Shown: positions 36,637 to 47,505, numbered from the stretch's first letter. The stretch is 64,000 nt of DNA from an uncultured Planctomycetia bacterium (GCA_964372395.1 CAYJQV010000003.1:11124-75123), one strand, 5' to 3'. A program made the numbers and translations. Notes: a model not told the origin generated them from the letters alone.

Positions 36637-37296
36637 TTATACGTACCCGAGCCGGATAAAACGTCCCAGCCCATCCGCCAACGACTGGCCGGCCTTCCGG
36701 ACCGCGCCCAGGAAGAGCCGCATCTGGCTCCAGCGCGAAGGAACGGCCAGCATCCGGAGCCCCTGCCGCCACGAGCCCACCGCCAGCCGCACCTCCATCG
36801 GATCCAGGATCGAACGAATCGCCACCCACGCCACACCGGCCTCCGTCGCCGCCCCAGCCACCGCCGATGTCTCCAGGTCGGCCGCGATCGCCCCGAAACG
36901 GACCCCGCCCTGCTGCTTGAGCGCCGGATCTTGAAGGGTCTTCGGAACCGTCAGGAACGGCCCCACCGAGGCCATGCCGTTGAGCCCGAAGGCCAGGCTC
37001 GGTTTCCTTCGAAGACCGGTCGATTCCTCGATCACCTCCGAGGCCATCACCAGGTCGCCCACCTGAAATCCCGGCCTCAAGCCGCCCGAGAAGCCGGTGC
37101 TCACGACGAGCCGGCAGCGCTGCCGCTGCAGCTCATCCCGGACCGCCGCGCCGGCCCGCTCCCCCATCCCGGTCACCAGACAGCGCACCCCCGCCGGCTC
37201 CGCCTGCCGGAAGCGGGCAAGCTCCTGCGGGGTGGCCGCCACCACCAGAATCGTCCCGCCGGATCGCCGCCCTTCATCCTCCATTGACGTACCCAT
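36637..37296 (-). CDS. hpnG: hopanoid-associated phosphorylase/nucleosidase (PNP-UDP family)
   Basis: MTA/SAH-nucleosidase-like fold (ILVVAATPQE...LVVSTGFSGGL...GDLVMASEV) in hopanoid gene context. Confidence 0.7.
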   Translation of the reverse strand: MGTSMEDEGRRSGGTILVVAATPQELARFRQAEPAGVRCLVTGMGERAGAAVRDELQRQRCRLVVSTGFSGGLRPGFQVGDLVMASEVIEESTGLRRKPSLAFGLNGMASVGPFLTVPKTLQDPALKQQGGVRFGAIAADLETSAVAGAATEAGVAWVAIRSILDPMEVRLAVGSWRQGLRMLAVPSRWSQMRLFLGAVRKAGQSLADGLGRFIRLGYV

Positions 37297-38305
37297 TGGC
37301 GCGGAACCATCCCACCGCCTTGTCCAACGCCTGCTCCACCGGCCCCTGGGGCAGATTCAGCTCCCGCACCGCCTTCGCCGAATCGAAGAACATCTTTTTC
37401 CTCGACATGCGAACCGCGTCCCATGGGATCCTGGGCGGCCTTCCCGTCCAGGCGCTCGCGGCCGTGCTCACCGCGGCCAGGCCCAGGGCCGCCGCGTGCG
37501 GGAGGCGGACGCGGGGGACAGGACGGCCGCTCACCCGGGACAGCATCTCCAGGATCTCCCTCAAGCTGAGATTCCTTGCCCCAAGGATGTAACCCTCTCC
37601 CTGCCGGCCCTTCTCCATCGCCAGGCAATGGCCCTCCGCCACATCCTCCACGTCGATGAGATTCAGCCCCGTGTCGACATAGGCCGGCATCCGCCCGGTC
37701 AGGAAGTCCACGATCATCTGACCGGTCGGCGTCGGCTTCACGTCACGGGAGCCCACCGGCGTCGACGGATGCACGATCACCACCGGGAAGCCCTGGGCTG
37801 CCGCCCCCCGCACCTCCCTCTCCGCGAGGAACTTCGAGCGCTTGTAATGGCCGATCATCTGCTCCAGCGAGACCGGCGTCTCCTCATCGGCCGGGCTCCC
37901 GTCCGGGGCGAATCCAAGCGTTCCGACGGTGGAGGTGTAAACCATCCGCTCGACCCCCTCCTGCCGGCAGGCGGCGATCAGACTCCGGGTTCCCCCGACG
38001 TTGGCGCCGTAAAGCTCCCGCGAATCCCGCGCCCAGAGGCGGTAGTCGGCCGCCACATGGTAGATCCTCCGGCAGCCGGCGACCGCGCGGCGCAGGGAGT
38101 CCGGATCGTTCAGATCCCCCTGCACGACCTCCGCCTCCAGGCCCTCCAGGTTCCGGCGCGGGCTGCTGGGGCGCACCAGGACCCGCACGCGCTCGCCCCT
38201 CTCCACCAGCCGGCGCGCGACGTGGCTGCCGACAAAGCCGGTCGCCCCCGTCACCAGCGTCAGGCTCACTGTATCCACCCTGCGGCGGGGTACCCGGCTT
38301 GGCAT
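37274..38305 (-). CDS. hpnA: hopanoid-associated NAD-dependent sugar epimerase/dehydratase family protein
   Basis: Rossmann motif LVTGATGFVGSHV, catalytic YKRSK, in hopanoid gene context. Confidence 0.7.
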   Translation of the reverse strand: MPSRVPRRRVDTVSLTLVTGATGFVGSHVARRLVERGERVRVLVRPSSPRRNLEGLEAEVVQGDLNDPDSLRRAVAGCRRIYHVAADYRLWARDSRELYGANVGGTRSLIAACRQEGVERMVYTSTVGTLGFAPDGSPADEETPVSLEQMIGHYKRSKFLAEREVRGAAAQGFPVVIVHPSTPVGSRDVKPTPTGQMIVDFLTGRMPAYVDTGLNLIDVEDVAEGHCLAMEKGRQGEGYILGARNLSLREILEMLSRVSGRPVPRVRLPHAAALGLAAVSTAASAWTGRPPRIPWDAVRMSRKKMFFDSAKAVRELNLPQGPVEQALDKAVGWFRANGYVNGG

Positions 38306-38444
38306 CGCTCGGCCGCCCCGGCGAGGCGGCCTTCGCTCTCTCCTCGACCGCGCACAAAACCGTGCCGCGCGGCCTGCGGACGTGCCGCGCCGGGCAACCC
38401 CGCCGCCGGACGCATCCGGTCAGCCTGTCCGTGCACGCGTCGGT

Positions 38445-39431
38445 TCACCGCACCCTCGCGAATTCCGCCAGGCCCAGCCCCACCCAGGCCAGCTCTCTCG
38501 CCCGGCGCACGAGCGCCAGCGCCAGGCCGGGCGCCGCATGGATCCCCAGCGCACCGCACACCACCAGCCCGATCCCCTCGCTCGCCCCCAGCGAAGCAGG
38601 AATGAGAAACGCACCGCTCCTGAAGAGGACCCAGAGCGCCTCGATCGAGAAGGCGGTCGACAGGGAAACAGGGATTCCGAGGAACCACAGGATGATCGCC
38701 ACCTCCAGCGCCCCCGCCACCCATCCCAGGAAATGGAAGCCGAGGGACCAGGCCACCAGGCCCGGCGAACGCCGGTAGAAGGAGACGACCGCCTCATCCC
38801 AGCCCCGTGCGCCGGAAAGCACCCGGCCGGACCAGCCCGGGACCACGCGCGCGAGGAAAGAGGCGGCCCAACCGAACGGGCGGAGGAACTGCACCATCAG
38901 GAACAGCCCCAGCAGGATCGCCAGCACCGGAAGAGCCCAACCGGCCCAGCGGATGAGCTCGGCGGAGGTCGGCTGAGTGGCCAGGGTCACACCCAACCCC
39001 ACCAGGATGAAGAGGAGCATGCTGACGGAAAAGGTGGTCTTCGCCACAACCACAGAGGCCATCCCATCCGCCATCGAGATCCCGTAGCGCTCCGCCAGCA
39101 GGGCCGCCTTCACCGGCTCACCCCCGATCCAGGCGGTGGGGGTAACGTAGTTGATCGCCTCGCCCGCCAGCCGGGCGCGGAACAGGCGGAGCCACGAGAC
39201 GCCTCCCCCTGATCCCACCCGAAGGGCATATTTCCAGCCGAGCGTGTCCAATCCGAAGATCACCACGTAGAAAACCAGCACCCAGAAGAACCGCCAGCGA
39301 AGGGCGCTGAGGAGATCCCAGACGGCCGTCAGATCCGAGATCCAAATCAGCCAGAGGAACAGCCCTGCCCCAAGCGCAAGGGCGATCCAGCGAAACCAAA
39401 TCCATCCTTGTGACCGTGAATTCGGATCCAC
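38445..39431 (-). CDS. hpnL: hopanoid-associated flippase-like membrane protein (UPF0104 / lysyl-PG synthase TM-region family)
   Basis: A 328-aa polytopic protein matching the LPG-synthase TM-region family, in a position typical of hpnL. Confidence 0.65.
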   Translation of the reverse strand: MDPNSRSQGWIWFRWIALALGAGLFLWLIWISDLTAVWDLLSALRWRFFWVLVFYVVIFGLDTLGWKYALRVGSGGGVSWLRLFRARLAGEAINYVTPTAWIGGEPVKAALLAERYGISMADGMASVVVAKTTFSVSMLLFILVGLGVTLATQPTSAELIRWAGWALPVLAILLGLFLMVQFLRPFGWAASFLARVVPGWSGRVLSGARGWDEAVVSFYRRSPGLVAWSLGFHFLGWVAGALEVAIILWFLGIPVSLSTAFSIEALWVLFRSGAFLIPASLGASEGIGLVVCGALGIHAAPGLALALVRRARELAWVGLGLAEFARVR

Positions 39432-39440
39432 CGTGAGCTC

Positions 39441-40085
39441 TTAAGAAATCGGCCGACGCAGGCGCGCCGCCATCCTCAGATCTGCCGGGATCCAGAAGAG
39501 GAAGGTGCCGACGAACGCCCCCCACAGGATCCAGCCCAGAACCCCCAACACGGCCGCCGCCAGAACGATCAACGAGAAGTCGCTGCGCAGATTCATCTTC
39601 ATCGCGTCGAGCGGATCCGGCGATGGCCCGCGCGGCGGATCGGGGTGGAGCAACGCCTCCCTGCCGCGCGCCCACACCTGTGACACCAGATAGGAGACGG
39701 TCGAGGCCACCACCCCCAGGGAGGTCGCCGCCCCCAGCCAGACCCAGCTCGGATGACCCAGATAGCTCCAGAGCCCCCACCCGAGGCTGAAGAAGAATCC
39801 GGCATGCACCACGCAGCCCACCCCGGTATCGAGCCAGCTGCCGAATCCGCTGCTGGTCCGTGTCGCCCGGGCCACGGCCCCATCCGCCTCGTCCAGGATG
39901 TTCGCCAGGACGAAGCAGAGGATCCCGAGAAGCAGGGATCCGGCGTTGCCCTCGATGAGCAGGGGGCAGCCGGTCAAACCGGCCAGAAGCGAGAGCGCGG
40001 TCACCTGGTTCGCCGAGATCCCCAGCCGGATGCACAGGGGGACCAGTCGAAGCCCCAGGAACCGGTTGAACGGCAGAAGGGACAT
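39441..40085 (-). CDS. CDP-alcohol phosphatidyltransferase-family membrane protein
   Basis: DEADGAVAR-x8-G-x3-D motif (LDEADGAVARATRTSSGFGSWLDTG) with TM helices; 214 aa. Confidence 0.75.
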   Translation of the reverse strand: MSLLPFNRFLGLRLVPLCIRLGISANQVTALSLLAGLTGCPLLIEGNAGSLLLGILCFVLANILDEADGAVARATRTSSGFGSWLDTGVGCVVHAGFFFSLGWGLWSYLGHPSWVWLGAATSLGVVASTVSYLVSQVWARGREALLHPDPPRGPSPDPLDAMKMNLRSDFSLIVLAAAVLGVLGWILWGAFVGTFLFWIPADLRMAARLRRPIS

Positions 40086-40087
40086 CC

Positions 40088-41200
40088 CTAGCCCCCCACC
40101 ACCATCTTCATCGCCTGCATCAGCCCCTTGAGGTCCGCTTGCAGCAATTGGCCCATGTGCGCCACGCGGAAGATCTTGCCCTGGAGCTCGCTCTGTCCTG
40201 CGTAGATCACGTAGCCCGCCCTCTTCAACCCGTCGTGGATCTGCGCGTAGCTCCTAGCCTGGGGGAGCCACAGGGCGGTCAAGGTGTTGGAGAGGAGCTT
40301 CTCCTCCAGAAGGAGCTTCAGCCCCAGCTTCCTGAAGCCCTGCCGGAGAAACGCCGCCCGCTGCCGGTAGCGGGCGATCCTCACCTTCAGCTTCTCCCGG
40401 ACCAGCTCATCCAGCGCTGCGTCGAACGCCGCCACCAGAGGAACGGCCGGCGTGAAAGGCGGATCCCCGGCCTCCTGCGACTTGAGCTGCAACGCCAGGT
40501 CCAGGTAGAGCGAACGGGGCTTGAGCTTTGCCACCCGCGCCGTTTCCTCATCCGACAGGAGCACGAAGGAGAGGCCCGGGGCGCCGTGCAGGCACTTCCC
40601 CGCCGAGCCCACGCAGATCCCGATGTGATGCTTCGTCAGGTCCAGCGGCTCCGCACCCAGGGCGCTGATGGCATCCACCAGAAGCCGCCGGCGGTACTTC
40701 TTCGCCAGACCCGCCACCTCCTCCACCGGGTTGAGCATTCCCGTCGAGGTCTCGTGATGCACCATCGCCACCGTCCCGATCTGACCATCCCGCCTCAGCG
40801 CCGCTGAAACACGGCCCAGGTCCGGCCGCTCGGTCACGGGGGAGCGGATCTCGACGCAGGGAATCTCATGGATCCGCGCGATCTGCGCCAGGCGCGAGCC
40901 GTACACCCCGTTGTTGATGACGAGCAGCTTCCTGCTTCCGTCCAGGCAGCTCAGGAGCGCCGCTTCGAGCGCCGCTGTCCCCGAACCGCCGATGATCACG
41001 CAGCTGTAGCGGTGGTCCAGCCCCAAGGCATGCACCAGCTTCGCCCGGACCGTCTGGAGGAGCTGGCTGAACTCCGGCTCCCGGTGGCAGATGTCCGGCC
41101 CGCCCAGCGCCGCCTTGACATGCGCGCTGGTGTTGACCGGGCCGGGGCAGAGCAGGATCTGGCGGCGGCTCACGGGCCGCGGCGCGGGTGCAGCGGGCAT
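40088..41200 (-). CDS. phnW: class V aminotransferase, 2-aminoethylphosphonate:pyruvate transaminase-like
   Basis: AGXT/PhnW-like core (...ILLCPGPVNTS...VHHETSTGM...GSAGKCLHGAPG...). My start choice is M69; the upstream 68 codons of the ORF track are Arg/Ala-rich low-complexity sequence. Confidence 0.7.
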   Translation of the reverse strand: MPAAPAPRPVSRRQILLCPGPVNTSAHVKAALGGPDICHREPEFSQLLQTVRAKLVHALGLDHRYSCVIIGGSGTAALEAALLSCLDGSRKLLVINNGVYGSRLAQIARIHEIPCVEIRSPVTERPDLGRVSAALRRDGQIGTVAMVHHETSTGMLNPVEEVAGLAKKYRRRLLVDAISALGAEPLDLTKHHIGICVGSAGKCLHGAPGLSFVLLSDEETARVAKLKPRSLYLDLALQLKSQEAGDPPFTPAVPLVAAFDAALDELVREKLKVRIARYRQRAAFLRQGFRKLGLKLLLEEKLLSNTLTALWLPQARSYAQIHDGLKRAGYVIYAGQSELQGKIFRVAHMGQLLQADLKGLMQAMKMVVGG

Positions 41201-41393
41201 CGGCGTCGGCGCAGCCGCCGGCGGCGGCTCCGCCGCTCTCCGCTTCGGAACCGGCCTGCGCGCTGCCAGCCGCCTGCGGGCGACCCGCCGGGCGGCCCTG
41301 CGCGCGCTGAGCTTCCTGCGCCTTCTCGCCTGAGCTGCCCGACGCGCTCGGCTTGGTCCACCTGCTCGGCCTGCCCGATCCGCTCGACGACCC

Positions 41394-41957
41394 TTACGAT
41401 GCATTCATCGCCTCCTTGAATCGGTCGGTGATCTCCTCCGGGGAAAGCCGCACCCGCTCCGCGGGGGCCGCCGTATCCGGCTGACACTTCACCAGAAGAA
41501 AAGCCGGACCGGCGCTGGAGCGAACCTCGCGCCACGCGGCTGCCAGCTCCCCCGGATCCCGGGCCGTCCGCACCGCCGCGTACCCACAGGCCGACGCCAC
41601 TGCCGAAAGCGCCACGCGGTCGGAGTAGGTGGCCTGATTTCCCGTCGAGGCATACGCCTCGTTGTCCAGGGCCACGTGAATCAGCCGCCTCGGCCCAATC
41701 GCCCCGATCATCCCCAGCACCCCCATCCCCATCAGGATCGCCCCGTCCCCGTCCAGCACCACCACAGGAAGCTCCGGCCGGCACAGGGCAATCCCCAGGC
41801 CGATCGGCGCCGCCAGGCCCATCGACCCGATCATGTAAAAATTGCCCGGCCGGTCCGCGCAGGCCTGCATCTCCCGGCAGGTGTAGCCGGTGGTGCAGAC
41901 CACCAGCTCCTCCTCGAGCTGCCCGGCGAGGATCCCGATCGCCTCCCGCGTCGTCAT
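41394..41957 (-). CDS. TPP-dependent phosphonopyruvate (or sulfopyruvate) decarboxylase, beta subunit (C-terminal TPP-binding domain)
   Basis: ...GSMGLAAPIGLGIALCRPELPVVVLDGDGAILMGMG...ALDNEAYASTGNQ... (TPP motif GDG-x24-N). My start choice is MTTREAIG, overlapping the alpha-subunit stop. Confidence 0.75.
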   Translation of the reverse strand: MTTREAIGILAGQLEEELVVCTTGYTCREMQACADRPGNFYMIGSMGLAAPIGLGIALCRPELPVVVLDGDGAILMGMGVLGMIGAIGPRRLIHVALDNEAYASTGNQATYSDRVALSAVASACGYAAVRTARDPGELAAAWREVRSSAGPAFLLVKCQPDTAAPAERVRLSPEEITDRFKEAMNAS

Positions 41958-42506
41958 TGGGGACGCTCTACTTTGGGACACTCCGGTTGCTGGTGTGTCC
42001 CAAAATGGAGCGTCCCCCGGATCAGGAGGGCCGCCGGGATCCGCTCCCTTCGCATGAAGGCGTCCGCCCGGCCGATCGCCTCGCCGAGCTCCCCCGGCTC
42101 CGGAACCCAGACCGGAATCCCCACCTGCCGCAGAAGCGCCTCACAGTGCCGGCCCATCACCCGGTGCTCCGGCGCGTCCTTCCCCTGATACCCCCTGTAG
42201 CCCACCAGGAGCATCGCCGGAATCCGGTAGATGAGATTGAGCGAGGTCAGCGCATTGAGGCAGTAGCCGATCCCCGAATTCTGCATGAGGACCGCGGGCC
42301 ACCGGCCCGCCAGATATGCCCCAGCGGCAAGCCCCACCGCCGCGTCCTCACGAACCGCTGGGACGTATCCGACCGGATCCTGCTCCAGCTGCTCGATGAG
42401 GGAGGCCACCAGGGAATCCGCCACCCCCGTGAAAAAATTGAAGCCGCAGCCCTTCAGGGATCCCAGGCACCCTTCCGCCGCGCCGACCGCGCCCGCCAAC
42501 TTCATG
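41954..42506 (-). CDS. TPP-dependent phosphonopyruvate (or sulfopyruvate) decarboxylase, alpha subunit (N-terminal PYR domain); last ~20 codons encoded by repeat element A
   Basis: MKLAGAVG...[18 protein letters not shown]...[34 protein letters not shown]... is the ComD/Ppd N-terminal domain. The start overlaps the hpnH stop (ATGA). Confidence 0.75.
41956..42014. repeat. palindromic repeat element family A, copy 2
   Basis: GGGGACGCTCTACTTTGGGACAC-TCCGGTTGCTGGTGT-GTCCCAAAATGGAGCGTCCCC, with arms about 95% identical to copy 1 and a related loop. Confidence 0.8.
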
Positions 42507-43563
42507 ATTGACGCCCGCGGCCGTTGCCTGTCGGGCGCCGCGCGTGCCCGTTGCCCGACGGACCCCGTGCGGGCCGCAGCGCATGCAGCATGTTCCCGAG
42601 AGACCGCGTCGCATCCGTCACCGCGGTCGGCTCGTATCCGCAGTGAACCATGCAGTCGGCGCAGCGCGGGTCGCGCCCCGTCCCGTACCGCTCCCACGGG
42701 GTCTCTTCGATCAGCTCCCGGAAGCTCCGGACGTAGCCGTCGCTCATCAGGTAACAGGGTTTCTGCCAGCCGAAGATGTTTCGGGTCGGATTTCCCCACG
42801 CGGTGCACTGGTAATCGCGGTACCCCTGGAGGAACTCGAGGAAGAAGGCGGAATGGTTGAACCGCCAGCGGGGATCCGCGTTGTCCAGGATCTGGCGGAA
42901 GAGCGCCTTCGTCTGCTCTCTCTGCAGGAAATGCTGCTGGTCCGGCGCCTTCTCGTAGGGATAGCCCGGCGAGATCATCATCCCGTCCACCCCCAGATCG
43001 GTCAGGAAGTCGAACATCCGCCGGAACTCCTGCGGATCGGCCCCCAGGAAGATCGTCGTGTTGGTGGAGACGGAGAAGCCGGCCTCCTTCGCCGCCCGTA
43101 TCCCCTCCACCGCCTGGCGGAAAACCCCCTTGCGGCAGACCGCCCGGTCGTGGGTCTCCTCCAGGCCGTCGAGATGGATGCTGAACCGGAAGTAGGGAGA
43201 GGGCCGGTACTCCCCGAGCTTCTTGGTCAGCAGGATCGCGTTCGTGCAGAGGTAGACGAACTTCCTGCGCCGGACCAGCCGCTCGGCGATCTCCGGCATC
43301 TCCGGATGAACGAGCGGCTCCCCGCCCGCGATCGAGACGACCGGCGCCCCGCATTCGAGGGCCGCCTCCTCGCATTCCTGCGGGGAGAGCCGTTTCTTCA
43401 GCATCTCCTCGGGATACTGGATCTTGCCGCACCCGGCGCACTCCAGGTTGCAGCGGAAGAGCGGCTCCAGCATGAGGACGAGGGAAAACCTCTCCAGCCC
43501 CCGCAGCTTCTGGGTGAAGACGTGCCGCGCCACCGCAAGCCCCTGCCGCCACGCGACCGCCAT
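42502..43563 (-). CDS. hpnH: hopanoid biosynthesis radical SAM protein (adenosylhopane synthase)
   Basis: Radical [11 protein letters not shown] with HpnH-like downstream sequence. I place the start at MAVAWRQ, about 43561-43563; the upstream ORF-track extension overlaps shc in another frame and is rejected. Confidence 0.85.
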   Translation of the reverse strand: MAVAWRQGLAVARHVFTQKLRGLERFSLVLMLEPLFRCNLECAGCGKIQYPEEMLKKRLSPQECEEAALECGAPVVSIAGGEPLVHPEMPEIAERLVRRRKFVYLCTNAILLTKKLGEYRPSPYFRFSIHLDGLEETHDRAVCRKGVFRQAVEGIRAAKEAGFSVSTNTTIFLGADPQEFRRMFDFLTDLGVDGMMISPGYPYEKAPDQQHFLQREQTKALFRQILDNADPRWRFNHSAFFLEFLQGYRDYQCTAWGNPTRNIFGWQKPCYLMSDGYVRSFRELIEETPWERYGTGRDPRCADCMVHCGYEPTAVTDATRSLGNMLHALRPARGPSGNGHARRPTGNGRGRQS

Positions 43564-43571
43564 GAAGCCCC

Positions 43572-45596
43572 CTAGTCCCTCAGCCGCTGCCTGGCTTCGC
43601 TCAGGGCCAGGAGCGGAAAGATGACCCGGTACAGGTGGTATTTCAGATAAAAGACGCGCGGAAAACCGGTCCCGGTGAACGGCTCCTCGGCCCAGTCCCC
43701 CTCTTCCCGCTGGGTCCGGAGGAGAAACTCCAGCCCCTTCCGGAAGGCCGGTTCCCCGACCCACCCCAGACTCATCAGCGCCATCAGCGCCCATGCGGTC
43801 TGGGATGCAGTGGAAACTCCTCGGCCCTTCTCGGCAGGATCGTCGTAAGACCGGCAGCTCTCCCCCCATCCCCCGTCCGGATTCTGGTGAGTGACGAGCC
43901 AGCGGCCGGCCTGCTGATACCGGATGCCCTCCATCGGCTCTCCCGAAAGCAGGAGCCCCCGCAGGGCCAGCCAGCTCCCATACGTGTAGTTGACCCCCCA
44001 TCGCCCGAACCAGGTGCCGTCCGCCTCCTGCCGCTCCCGCAGGAAACGGACGCCCCGCCGGACCGCAGGATGACCCTTCGGCAGGCCCGCCGCATGCGCC
44101 AGCTCCAGCATCCGCCCGGTGATGTCCGCCGCCGAGGGATCCAGCATCGCGTTGTGGTCGGCGAACGGGAAATGGGTGAGCGCCTGGCGGTCGTTGTCCT
44201 TGTCGAACGAGCTCCAGCCCCCGTCCCGATTCTGCATGCTCAAGACCCACTCCAGCCCCCGCCGGAAAGCCCCCTCGAAATCCACCCGCTGTGCCGTCGC
44301 GGCACCGTGCGCCGTGGTGCCGGGCCGCGCCGCTCCGCCGCGCATCTTCTTGAGCGCCAGGAACGCCAGCAGGACCTGGCCGGTGTCATCCACGTCCGGG
44401 TAGAATGGATTCCTGAACTCGAACGCCCAACCGGCCGGCTTTCCCCCGGGGTTCTTGACCACCCAGTCGCCCCAGATCCGGATCTCCTGGCCGAGCAGCC
44501 ACTCCACCGCCCGCTCCAACGCCGCGTCCAAACCCGGTACCAGGTCCCGTTCGGTACCTGGTACCGATTGGGCCGCCTGCGCGAGCGCGTAGGCCGCCAG
44601 CGCCGTGTCCCAGACCGGAGAAAAACAGGGCTGCACCTTCAGATCGTCCCCCTCCTCCAGATCCAGCCGCTCCAGCTCCCGCAGCGACCGCTCGAAGAGG
44701 GGATCCCCGTCGGAGTAACCCAGGGATTTCAGCGCGAAGACGGCGTTCAGCATCGCCGGGAAGATCGCCCCCAGCCCGTCCGTCTCCATGAGGCGCTCGG
44801 TGATCCATCGGTCGGCGCGCCGCAGCGCCAACTCCCGCAGCGGCTTCCAGCCGGAGCGCTCGCAGAGCTTGAGCAGGCGGTTCGCTCCGAGGAAGAAGAA
44901 GCGCCATCCGGCCCCTCCCTTCTGCAGATTGGTGGCCCGCGCCCGCTTGCGCGCCGGGTCACGCCACAGCTCCTCCAGCGAGAACGGCGCCCGGACCCAC
45001 GCCGGCCGCCCGGCGTACACCACCGAAAGGGGGACCAGGATCGTGCGGGACCAGCAGGAGATCTCGTAGATGTTGAACGGGAACCAGCGCGGCAGGAGGA
45101 TGAGCTCCGGCGGCAGGGCTGGAACCTGATCCCAGGGATACAGGCCGAAGAGGGCCAGGTACACCTTCTCAAAGCTGTTCACCCGCTCCAGGCCGCCCAC
45201 CCGCAGGATCACCGCCCGTGCCCGCTGCAGGATCTCCTCCTGCGGCCCGTGCCCGGCCAGCCGGAGCGCCACGTACGCCTTGACCGTCACGTTGAGCTCC
45301 GCCGGGCCGCCCTGGTAGATGGGCCACCCGCCGTCGGGAAGCTGATTCTTCAGGATCGTCCGGACGAGCCGCGCCTGGCGGAGCGGATCCACGCGGCCCA
45401 GCAGGTGCATGAGCTTGACGGTGTCCGACTCGAGGCTCGTGTCCGCCTCCAGCTCCCCGCACCAGTACCCCTCCGGCGCCTGCCGGCCCAGGAGGAACCG
45501 GCCCGCCCGCTCGATCGCATCGTCGATCGAGCCGGCCGGGGTCCGGCCCGGTTCAACGAGCACCGCCGGGCCGGATCCGACGGGGCTAATGGACAT
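43572..45596 (-). CDS. shc: squalene-hopene cyclase
   Basis: 674 aa with multiple QW motifs ([48 protein letters not shown]) and the catalytic DxDDT-type motif DVDDTG. Confidence 0.95.
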   Translation of the reverse strand: MSISPVGSGPAVLVEPGRTPAGSIDDAIERAGRFLLGRQAPEGYWCGELEADTSLESDTVKLMHLLGRVDPLRQARLVRTILKNQLPDGGWPIYQGGPAELNVTVKAYVALRLAGHGPQEEILQRARAVILRVGGLERVNSFEKVYLALFGLYPWDQVPALPPELILLPRWFPFNIYEISCWSRTILVPLSVVYAGRPAWVRAPFSLEELWRDPARKRARATNLQKGGAGWRFFFLGANRLLKLCERSGWKPLRELALRRADRWITERLMETDGLGAIFPAMLNAVFALKSLGYSDGDPLFERSLRELERLDLEEGDDLKVQPCFSPVWDTALAAYALAQAAQSVPGTERDLVPGLDAALERAVEWLLGQEIRIWGDWVVKNPGGKPAGWAFEFRNPFYPDVDDTGQVLLAFLALKKMRGGAARPGTTAHGAATAQRVDFEGAFRRGLEWVLSMQNRDGGWSSFDKDNDRQALTHFPFADHNAMLDPSAADITGRMLELAHAAGLPKGHPAVRRGVRFLRERQEADGTWFGRWGVNYTYGSWLALRGLLLSGEPMEGIRYQQAGRWLVTHQNPDGGWGESCRSYDDPAEKGRGVSTASQTAWALMALMSLGWVGEPAFRKGLEFLLRTQREEGDWAEEPFTGTGFPRVFYLKYHLYRVIFPLLALSEARQRLRD

Positions 45597-47499
45597 AGAC
45601 CGTTCCCCGCTCCAGCAGCTCCCGTGCGGCCAGCTCGATCGCCTCCGGCGTGAGGCGCGCCTCCTTCAGGAGGATCTCCCGCTTGCCGTGTTCGAAGAAC
45701 CGGTCCGGGATCCCCATGACCCGCATCTTGAGGCCGTTCCGCATCCGCTCCAGCTCCACCATGAGCCGGGATCCAAATCCGCCGATCTGCGCCGCCTCTT
45801 CCACGGTGAGGATCGCCTGGTGCCCGGTGACCAGTGACACGCAGAGCTCCATGTCCAGGGGCTTCACGAACCGGGCGTTGACCACCGTCGTTGAGATCCC
45901 CCTCTGCTCCAGGAGCCGCGCCGCCTCCATCGCCGGATACACCATGCTGCCGAGGGCCACGATCGCCAGGTCGGAGCCGCGCCTCAGCACCTCCGCCCTG
46001 CCCAGCCGGATCGGCTCCGGCTGCGGCGGCATCTCCAGCTCCAGCTCCGGATGGAACCGCAGGGCTCCCCCGCGCGGATACCGCAGCGCGATCGGCCCCC
46101 GATGCCTGCATGCAAACTCCAGCATCGCCTCCAGCTCATCCGGGTCCTTCGGCGCCATGAAGACCAGCCGCGGCAGCGCCGACAGATACGCCACATCGAA
46201 AACGCCGTGGTGCGTGATCCCGTCGTCCCCCACCAACCCCGCCCGGTCCATGCTGAAGATGACCGGCAGGTTCTGGATGCAGACGTCGTGGATCACCTGG
46301 TCGTAGCCCCGCTGCAGGAAGGTGGAGTAGACCGCCGCCACCGGCTTCAAGCCGCCGCGCGCCAGCCCGGCCGCAAAGGCCACCGCGTGCTGCTCGCACA
46401 TCCCCACGTCGTAGAACCGCTCCGGCATCTGCTGGGCGTATTCCACCAGCCCGGTCCCGTCCGGCATCGCAGCGGTGATCGCGATGAGCCGCGGCTCCTC
46501 CCTCGCCAGCCGGATCATCGCCCTGCCGAACCGCTGGGTGAACGTCTCCGCCGAGGGCTTCTTCAGGAACTCGCCCGTCGCCGGATCGAACGGGGTGACG
46601 CCGTGGTACTTCCACTGCTCCTTCTCCGCCAGCGGATACCCCCTGCCCTTCGTGGTGCGCACGTGGAGCAGCCTCGGTCCCGGCAGCTCCTTGACGTGGC
46701 GGAGGGTTTTGACAAGAAGCTCGACGTTGTGGCCGTCGATCGGCCCGAAGTAGCGGAAGCCCAGCTCCTCAAAGAGGATGCCCGGAACGAGCAGGTTCTT
46801 CAGCGATTCCTCCAGCCGCTTCGCCGCCCGCAGGATCCGGTAGCCGAACCGGGGAATCCGGCACATCACCCGCTCCACCTCCCGTCGCACCCGGTTGTAG
46901 AGGGGATCGGTGATGATCCGGTTGAAGCAATGGGTCAGGGCGCCGATGGCGGGGGCGATCGCCATATTGTTGTCGTTCAGGATCACGAGGAAATCGCTCT
47001 TCACATGACCGGCGTGGTTCAGGCCCTCCAGCGCCATTCCCTCGGGCAGCGACCCGTCCCCGATCACCGCCACCACCTTGTAACGCTCCCCCTGGTGATC
47101 CCGCGCCCGCGCCAGCCCCAGCCCGGTTGAGATCGAGGTCCCGCCGTGCCCGATGGTGAACAGATCGTGGGGGCTCTCCTCCCGGTGCGGGAAACCGGAG
47201 ATCCCTCCCCATTGCCTTAAGGTCCCGAACCGCTCGCGCCGGCCGGTCAGGATCTTGTGGGCGTAGGCCTGGTAGCCCACGTCCCAGACCAGCTTGTCCT
47301 CCGGCGTGTTGAAGACGTAATGGAGGGCCACCACCAGATCCACCGCCCCCAGCGGCCCGCCGAAATGGCCGCCGGTCTTGGAAACCTTGTCGATGATGAG
47401 CTGCCGGATCTCCTGCGCGACGTTCGGCAGGGCGCAGAGGGGCAGACCCCTCAGATCCGACGGCTGGTTGATCCTCTCCAGAAGGCTCTCGCTCATCAC
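45586..47499 (-). CDS. dxs: 1-deoxy-D-xylulose-5-phosphate synthase
   Basis: 637 aa; TPP-binding GDG...N, transketolase-like PYR and C-terminal domains; Dxs-specific N-terminus (...GGHFGGPLGAVDLVVALHYVF...). Confidence 0.95.
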   Translation of the reverse strand: MMSESLLERINQPSDLRGLPLCALPNVAQEIRQLIIDKVSKTGGHFGGPLGAVDLVVALHYVFNTPEDKLVWDVGYQAYAHKILTGRRERFGTLRQWGGISGFPHREESPHDLFTIGHGGTSISTGLGLARARDHQGERYKVVAVIGDGSLPEGMALEGLNHAGHVKSDFLVILNDNNMAIAPAIGALTHCFNRIITDPLYNRVRREVERVMCRIPRFGYRILRAAKRLEESLKNLLVPGILFEELGFRYFGPIDGHNVELLVKTLRHVKELPGPRLLHVRTTKGRGYPLAEKEQWKYHGVTPFDPATGEFLKKPSAETFTQRFGRAMIRLAREEPRLIAITAAMPDGTGLVEYAQQMPERFYDVGMCEQHAVAFAAGLARGGLKPVAAVYSTFLQRGYDQVIHDVCIQNLPVIFSMDRAGLVGDDGITHHGVFDVAYLSALPRLVFMAPKDPDELEAMLEFACRHRGPIALRYPRGGALRFHPELELEMPPQPEPIRLGRAEVLRRGSDLAIVALGSMVYPAMEAARLLEQRGISTTVVNARFVKPLDMELCVSLVTGHQAILTVEEAAQIGGFGSRLMVELERMRNGLKMRVMGIPDRFFEHGKREILLKEARLTPEAIELAARELLERGTVYVH

Positions 47500-47505
47500 C
47501 GGCTC

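Noticed and set aside
35573-38605. Plus-strand ORFs 35573-36934, 36577-37287, 37097-38605 and 38382-39212
   Set aside because: They are antisense to the minus-strand hopanoid-cluster genes, which have clear family identities.
40088-41404. 68-codon Arg/Ala/Pro-rich N-terminal extension of the PhnW-like aminotransferase (ORF-track start 41404)
   Set aside because: It is low-complexity (RRAAQARRRRKLSARRAARR...) and unlike aminotransferase N-termini. The internal Met before ILLCPGPV is preferred. This leaves an unexplained gap of about 190 bp to the decarboxylase beta gene.
43635-47130. Plus-strand ORFs 43635-45653 and 46051-47130
   Set aside because: They are antisense to shc and dxs.
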